Notes under the pieces: model-generated
Databases searched by the model: none
Seen by the model: only the letters and a program-made list of their open reading frames with translations
What the model was told of the DNA's origin: nothing
Assembly: GCA_963841435.1 (NCBI GenBank)
Contig: CAWJCS010000005.1
Span: 928,001 to 992,000, forward strand
DNA length: 64,000 bases
Direction of reading: 5' to 3'
Source: an uncultured delta proteobacterium
GTDB taxonomy: Bacteria > Myxococcota_A > Polyangia > Polyangiales > Polyangiaceae
Shown: in pieces, positions 59,367 through 64,000 of the stretch
Numbering within the stretch: position 1 is the first letter of the stretch
How the letters are laid out: each line of letters opens with the position of its first letter
Made by a program: the position numbers and the translations under genes

Positions 59367-60365
59367 ATGACCGTCGTTGCCGTCGTGGGAGCCACTGGAG
59401 CCGTGGGCCGCGAGATGCTCCGGACGCTCGAGCGTCGGAGCTTTCCCGCCGAGCGCGTCCTCGCACTCGCGTCGGAGCGCTCGCGCGGCAAGAAGCTACC
59501 GTTTTACGGCAAGGAGCTGACGGTCGAAATGCTCGAGCCGAGCTCGTTTCGCGGCGTCGACATCGCCCTCTTCAGCGCGGGGGCGGGCACGTCGCGAGAG
59601 TTTGCGCCCATCGCGGCCGAGGCCGGCTGCGTCGTCATCGACAATTCGAGCGCCTGGCGCATGGATCCCGACGTGCCGCTCGTGGTTCCGGAGGTCAACC
59701 CCGGCGCGATCGCCGAGCGCAAGAAGGGCATCATCGCGAACCCCAACTGCAGCACCATTCAGATGGTCGTCGCGCTCAAGCCCCTGCATGACGTCGCGCG
59801 CATCAAGCACATCGTGGTCTCGACGTACCAGGCGACGAGCGGCAAGGGGCACGCAGCCGCCGAGGAGCTTCGCGCGCAGATCCGCGACGTGGCGAGCGGC
59901 AAGCTGCCCACCCCGCAGGTCTTCCCCGCGCCCATCGCGCTCAACGTGATCTCCGACTGGAAGGCGGGCAAGGACGGCTACTCCGAGGAGGAGCTCAAAA
60001 TGGTCAACGAGACCCGCAAGATCATGGGCGACGCCAGCATCGGCGTCTCGCCGACCTGCGTGCGCGTCCCGGTGATCACGGGCCATTCCGAGTCCGTGCA
60101 CGTCCAGTTCCACGAGCCGCTCTCCGCGGCGCGCGCCAGGGAGCTGCTCCGGGTCGCTCCGGGCGTGGAGCTCGTCGACGGGGACTACCGCCCGGGCGGA
60201 GAGCCCCAGCCGCTTCGCGCCGCCGACACCGACCCGGTCTACGTCGGACGGGTGCGCGACGACCTCGCCGTGCCCGGCAGCCTCAACCTTTGGATCGTGG
60301 CCGACAACCTGCGCAAGGGTGCTGCCCTGAACGCGGTACAGATCGCCGAGCTTCTGCTCGGCTGA
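59367..60365 (+). CDS. asd: Aspartate-semialdehyde dehydrogenase
   Basis: VVGATGAVG, DNSSAWRM, IANPNCSTIQ, DNLRKGAALN. Confidence 0.97.
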   Translation: MTVVAVVGATGAVGREMLRTLERRSFPAERVLALASERSRGKKLPFYGKELTVEMLEPSSFRGVDIALFSAGAGTSREFAPIAAEAGCVVIDNSSAWRMDPDVPLVVPEVNPGAIAERKKGIIANPNCSTIQMVVALKPLHDVARIKHIVVSTYQATSGKGHAAAEELRAQIRDVASGKLPTPQVFPAPIALNVISDWKAGKDGYSEEELKMVNETRKIMGDASIGVSPTCVRVPVITGHSESVHVQFHEPLSAARARELLRVAPGVELVDGDYRPGGEPQPLRAADTDPVYVGRVRDDLAVPGSLNLWIVADNLRKGAALNAVQIAELLLG

Positions 60366-60411
60366 CGCGCACGCGGGACGCCGGGCGAAAAAGACGGTAG
60401 CTTCCCTTACC

Positions 60412-61404
60412 GTGAGCTCGCGCCGTCCCACCTCGCCCGGAGCCGAGGAGCTGCTCGGTCGTTACTTTCCCGTGCTCGACCACGGCTTCGTGGCGCTCGT
60501 CGATTACATGGGAACCGACGAGTGCATCGAGCGGGCGGCGCGCGTGAGCTACGGCTACGGCACGCGCAAGACCAGCCAGACGCGCGGGCTCATCCGCTAC
60601 CTCAGGCGCCATTTGCACACGACGCCGAGCGAGATGGTGGAGCTGAAGTTCCACGCCTGCATGCCCATGTTCGTCGCGCGGCAGTGGATCCGTCACCGCG
60701 CCGCGAGCGTCAACGAGTACAGCGGGCGCTACTCGCTGATGCCCATGCTGTTTTACACGCCGAGCCCCGAGCAGCTCCAGACGCAGAGTCGCTCGAACAA
60801 TCAGGGTCGCAGCGGTACGCACGTGTCGGACGCAACCTACGCGGAGACGCTGAGACGCTGGCAGGCGATCCGCAACGAGAGCCGCTCGGCCTACGAATGG
60901 CTCACCGGTGAGGACGTCGCGCGGGAGCTTGCGCGCATCGATCTCCCGCTGTCGACGTACACGCAGTGGTACTGGAAGATCGATCTTCACAACCTCTTGC
61001 ACTTTCTCAAGCTGCGCGTCGATGAGCACGCGCAGTGGGAGATCCAGGAGTACGGGCGCGTGATGGCCGGCATGCTCAAGCGCGTGGCGCCGCTCAGCTA
61101 CGAGGCCTGGATCGACTACGACGTGTGCGGAGCACGGCTCTCGCGCATGGAGCTCGATGTGCTCCGGCGGCTCGTCGCCGTGGAGCGCGAGCGCCTGCGC
61201 GCGAAGGACGGCACCTCGGTCGAAGGCGAGGACTTCGAGGCGCTGGGGCTCGCCAAGCGCGAGGCGCGCGAGCTCATCGAGAAGCTCGGTGCGATCGCAC
61301 GGCCCGACTTCGAGCTCGACCTCTCGAGCGCCCGCTCGCCCGAGGAGTTCGCCGCCCGCTTCGCGCAAGCGGTACCGAAGGTCAACAAGCCGCCCCCCGA
61401 GTAG
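60412..61404 (+). CDS. thyX: Flavin-dependent thymidylate synthase
   Basis: [42 protein letters not shown]. Confidence 0.96.
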   Translation: MSSRRPTSPGAEELLGRYFPVLDHGFVALVDYMGTDECIERAARVSYGYGTRKTSQTRGLIRYLRRHLHTTPSEMVELKFHACMPMFVARQWIRHRAASVNEYSGRYSLMPMLFYTPSPEQLQTQSRSNNQGRSGTHVSDATYAETLRRWQAIRNESRSAYEWLTGEDVARELARIDLPLSTYTQWYWKIDLHNLLHFLKLRVDEHAQWEIQEYGRVMAGMLKRVAPLSYEAWIDYDVCGARLSRMELDVLRRLVAVERERLRAKDGTSVEGEDFEALGLAKREARELIEKLGAIARPDFELDLSSARSPEEFAARFAQAVPKVNKPPPE

Positions 61405-61436
61405 CGGGCGGCGGGCCGAGCACTATACTCCTCGGC

Positions 61437-62414
61437 GTGACGAACCCCCTTTTGGTGCTCGGCTCGAACGGGAGCAGGGAGAACGCTCTCGCGGCGCTCG
61501 ATCTCGACGAGGAAATCCGGCGCTTCAAGCGGGAAAAGAACGCGATCCTGCTCGCCCACTACTATCAAGAGAGCGAGATTCAGGATCTCGCCGACGTGAT
61601 CGGCGACTCGCTGGAGCTTTCGCGCGCCGCCGCGCGCACGAAGGCCGACGTGATCCTGTTCGCGGGGGTCGAGTTCATGGCCGAGACCGCCAAGATCCTG
61701 AACCCCGACCGCATCGTGCTCGTCCCCGACAAGAAGGCGGGTTGCTCGCTCGCCGACGGTTGCCCGGTCGAGCCGTTCGTCGCCTGGAAGCAGGCGCACC
61801 CCGGCGCCGTGACGGTGAGCTACATCAATTGCTCCGCCGCCGTGAAGGCGGAGAGCGACTGGATCTGCACGTCGAGCAACGCCGAGAAGGTCGTGCGCGC
61901 CATCCCGGAGGACAAGACCATCCTCTTTGCCCCCGACAAGAATCTCGGCCGCTACCTGATTAAGAAGACGGGGCGGGACATGCTGCTCTGGCCGGGAAGC
62001 TGCATCGTGCACGAAACGTTCAGCCTGAAGAAGCTCCACCTCTTACAGCGCGAGCACCCCGACGCGGAAGTCATCGCGCACCCCGAGTGCGAGGAGGAGC
62101 TGCTCGATCGCGCGTCGTTCGTGGGCTCGACGTCGGCGCTCTTGCGTCACGTCGAGAGCGGCACGGCGAGCGCGTACATCGTGCTCACCGAAGCCGGTAT
62201 CTTGCATCAGATGCAGAAGCGAGCGCCCGGCAAACGCCTGATTCCGGGCCCGCCCATCGCGAGCTGTGCCTGCAACGAGTGCCCGTTCATGCGCCTCAAC
62301 ACGCCCGAGAAGGTGTACCTGGCCCTGCGCGACCTCGAGCCGCGCGTCGAGCTCGACGAAGCGCTCAGGCTGCGCGCCCGCATCCCGATCGACCGCATGC
62401 TATCGCTCGCGTGA
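61437..62414 (+). CDS. nadA: Quinolinate synthase
   Basis: [42 protein letters not shown]. Confidence 0.96.
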   Translation: MTNPLLVLGSNGSRENALAALDLDEEIRRFKREKNAILLAHYYQESEIQDLADVIGDSLELSRAAARTKADVILFAGVEFMAETAKILNPDRIVLVPDKKAGCSLADGCPVEPFVAWKQAHPGAVTVSYINCSAAVKAESDWICTSSNAEKVVRAIPEDKTILFAPDKNLGRYLIKKTGRDMLLWPGSCIVHETFSLKKLHLLQREHPDAEVIAHPECEEELLDRASFVGSTSALLRHVESGTASAYIVLTEAGILHQMQKRAPGKRLIPGPPIASCACNECPFMRLNTPEKVYLALRDLEPRVELDEALRLRARIPIDRMLSLA

Positions 62415-62531
62415 CGCCATGGCGGACCCCGAAAGCTCGCACGTCGATCACTTTCGCGCGCTCGCGCCGGTTCCCCGTTTGGCGCTGCAATTTGCCGACG
62501 AGCCCTGTCGGCGGACGGGTCTGCTCGGGTA

Positions 62532-63488
62532 CTAGGCCGCCGCGTCGCGGCGCCCGGCGCGCTTCACCGCCGACGGGGCCACGCCGAGGACCCGCACGAA
62601 GGAGCTTCTCAGGCGGGCGCTCGAGCCGAAGCCCGTCGCGAGTGCAACGTCGTTTATCGACGCGGCCCCACTCTCGAGCGCGGCTTGCGCCGCCTCGACG
62701 CGGAGCTTCTCGACGGCGTGGGCGGGCGTGACGCCGAGGTCGGCCGTGAACGTGCGAGCGAAGTGCCGCGGGCTCATGCCCACCTCGGCCGCGAGATCCT
62801 CCACGTGCCACGGCGCCGCGAGCTCGGCGCGCACGGCGTCGAGCAGCGCCAGAAAGCGCCCCCCGCCGCCCGCGAGCTCGAGCAGCGCCGAGTATTGCGA
62901 CTGCCCGCCCGGACGCCGATGGTAAACGACGAGCTCGCGCGCCGTGCGGCGTGCGAGATCCTCGCCGAAATCCGCCTCGATGAGCGCGAGCGCCAGATCG
63001 ATGCCGGCGCTGATGCCCGCCAACGTCCAGATCTTCCCTGAGCGCACGTAGATGCGGTCGGCGTCGAGGTGGACGCGCGGGAAGCGCCGCTCGAACTCCT
63101 GAGTGCGGCTCCAGTGCGTCGTGGCGCGACGGCCGTCGAGCAGGCCCGCCGCGGCGAGCACGAAGCTGCCGGAGCACACGCTGGTCAGGCGCCGCGCGCG
63201 CCGCGCGCAAAGACGCACGAAGCGCTCTGTCACCTGGCAGAGCGCCGCGCCGCGCGTGCCGAGGCCGCCCGCGACGACCAGCGTGTTGACTCTCGCGGGC
63301 GGTGGCAGGCGCGCGGCCGCGAGCCGCACGCCCGAAGAGCTGGCGACGAGACCGGGGTCGCGAGCGACAACGTCGAGCGCGTAGGATCCGGGGCGGAACC
63401 GCTCGGCGATCTCGAACGCCGCGATGGGACCCGCGGCGTCGAGCAGCTGGAAGTCGGGGAAGACCAGAAAGGCAACGCGGCGCCGCAT
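62532..63488 (-). CDS. GlxA-family AraC transcriptional regulator
   Basis: DJ-1-like N-domain (SVCSG, ATTHW) plus AraC HTH (MSPRHFARTF, GFGS). Confidence 0.93.
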   Translation of the reverse strand: MRRRVAFLVFPDFQLLDAAGPIAAFEIAERFRPGSYALDVVARDPGLVASSSGVRLAAARLPPPARVNTLVVAGGLGTRGAALCQVTERFVRLCARRARRLTSVCSGSFVLAAAGLLDGRRATTHWSRTQEFERRFPRVHLDADRIYVRSGKIWTLAGISAGIDLALALIEADFGEDLARRTARELVVYHRRPGGQSQYSALLELAGGGGRFLALLDAVRAELAAPWHVEDLAAEVGMSPRHFARTFTADLGVTPAHAVEKLRVEAAQAALESGAASINDVALATGFGSSARLRSSFVRVLGVAPSAVKRAGRRDAAA

Positions 63489-63561
63489 GGCAGTAATTCT
63501 ATGATTAATGTCATTTAGGACAAGGCCGCGAGGTGACAGGCTCCGTTCCACGGAGGTTTTC

Positions 63562-64000
63562 ATGCCGGTTCACCCCATCGTGTTCCCACTGTTCGAAGGT
63601 CTGACGCAGCTCGACGCCATGGCGCCGCTCGAGGTGCTCTCCCGCGTGCCCGGCGCACGCCCGGTGCTCGCCTCGACCCGCGGGGGCGTGCTCGACGCGG
63701 GTCATGGCCTCAACTTCGCCGGCCTTGCCCGTCTTTCCGACGTGAAAGAATGCGAGGTGCTGTGCGTGCCGGGAGGCTACGGCACCGTCAGGATGCTGGA
63801 GGACGAAGAGTACCTTGGCGAGCTCCGGCGGCTCGCGGCGGGGGCGCGCTACGTCACCTCCGTGTGTACCGGGTCACTCTTGCTGGGCGCCGCGGGGCTC
63901 CTCCGCGGCAAGCGCGCGGCCTGCCACTGGGCATGGCGAGACCTGCTCGCCGAGCTCGGCGCAACGCCCGACCCGGCGCGCGTCGTGCGCGACGGCAACG
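63562..64000 (+). CDS. DJ-1/PfpI family protein (isonitrile hydratase-like), 3' truncated by the window
   Basis: Manual translation MPVHPIVFPLFEGLTQLD...VPGG...TSVCTGSLLLGAAGLL...ACHW...RVVRDGN; divergent from the GlxA regulator. Confidence 0.92.
   Translation, partial: MPVHPIVFPLFEGLTQLDAMAPLEVLSRVPGARPVLASTRGGVLDAGHGLNFAGLARLSDVKECEVLCVPGGYGTVRMLEDEEYLGELRRLAAGARYVTSVCTGSLLLGAAGLLRGKRAACHWAWRDLLAELGATPDPARVVRDGN

Noticed and set aside
62419-62535. 38-aa ORF between nadA and the GlxA regulator
   Set aside because: Too short, with no RBS or motif support.
1-64000. Many long Arg/Ala/Pro-rich ORFs in the track (e.g. 8894-12127 -, 18628-21186 +, 27387-29720 +, 45606-48188 +)
   Set aside because: Shadow frames of real genes in high-GC DNA; no recognisable motifs.
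1-64000. CRISPR array, cas genes, rRNA, prophage or integrase
   Set aside because: No regularly spaced repeats or recognisable genes of these types were seen.

Overview
GC-rich (about 70% by eye) bacterial chromosomal window. Gene content (Gly-rich linker lipoproteins, TIGR02266-type PilZ protein, large Ser/Thr kinase, sigma54-type promoters) points to Myxococcota, probably Polyangiaceae-like (inference). The first ~3.9 kb is an accessory patch next to tRNA-Gln(TTG). It holds a doubly truncated IS110 fragment that abuts half of an integron attC site, and a minus-strand array of two gene cassettes, each a toxin/antitoxin-like pair, with one full and one broken attC, a candidate attI and no integrase in the window. 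A DUF559 nuclease gene and palindromic repeats follow. From 4 to 24 kb: secreted polysaccharide-active lipoproteins (esterase, SGNH, GH54), a GH31 and a surface-glycosylation-like cluster (split transketolase, GT2, SDR, two polytopic membrane proteins, methyltransferase). From 24 to 64 kb: mostly housekeeping genes (hemE, ccmE, dnaA, dnaK, grpE, UvrD/PcrA, KdgK-like kinase, DedA, GH43, desaturase, dnaJ, proC, asd, thyX, nadA, GlxA/DJ-1 pair), an EGF-repeat protein, a kinase-ATPase-TPR protein and a candidate sRNA. At least five genes, including dnaA, carry single frameshifts, most simply explained as indel errors in the assembly. All family calls come from motif recognition by eye; no searches were run.
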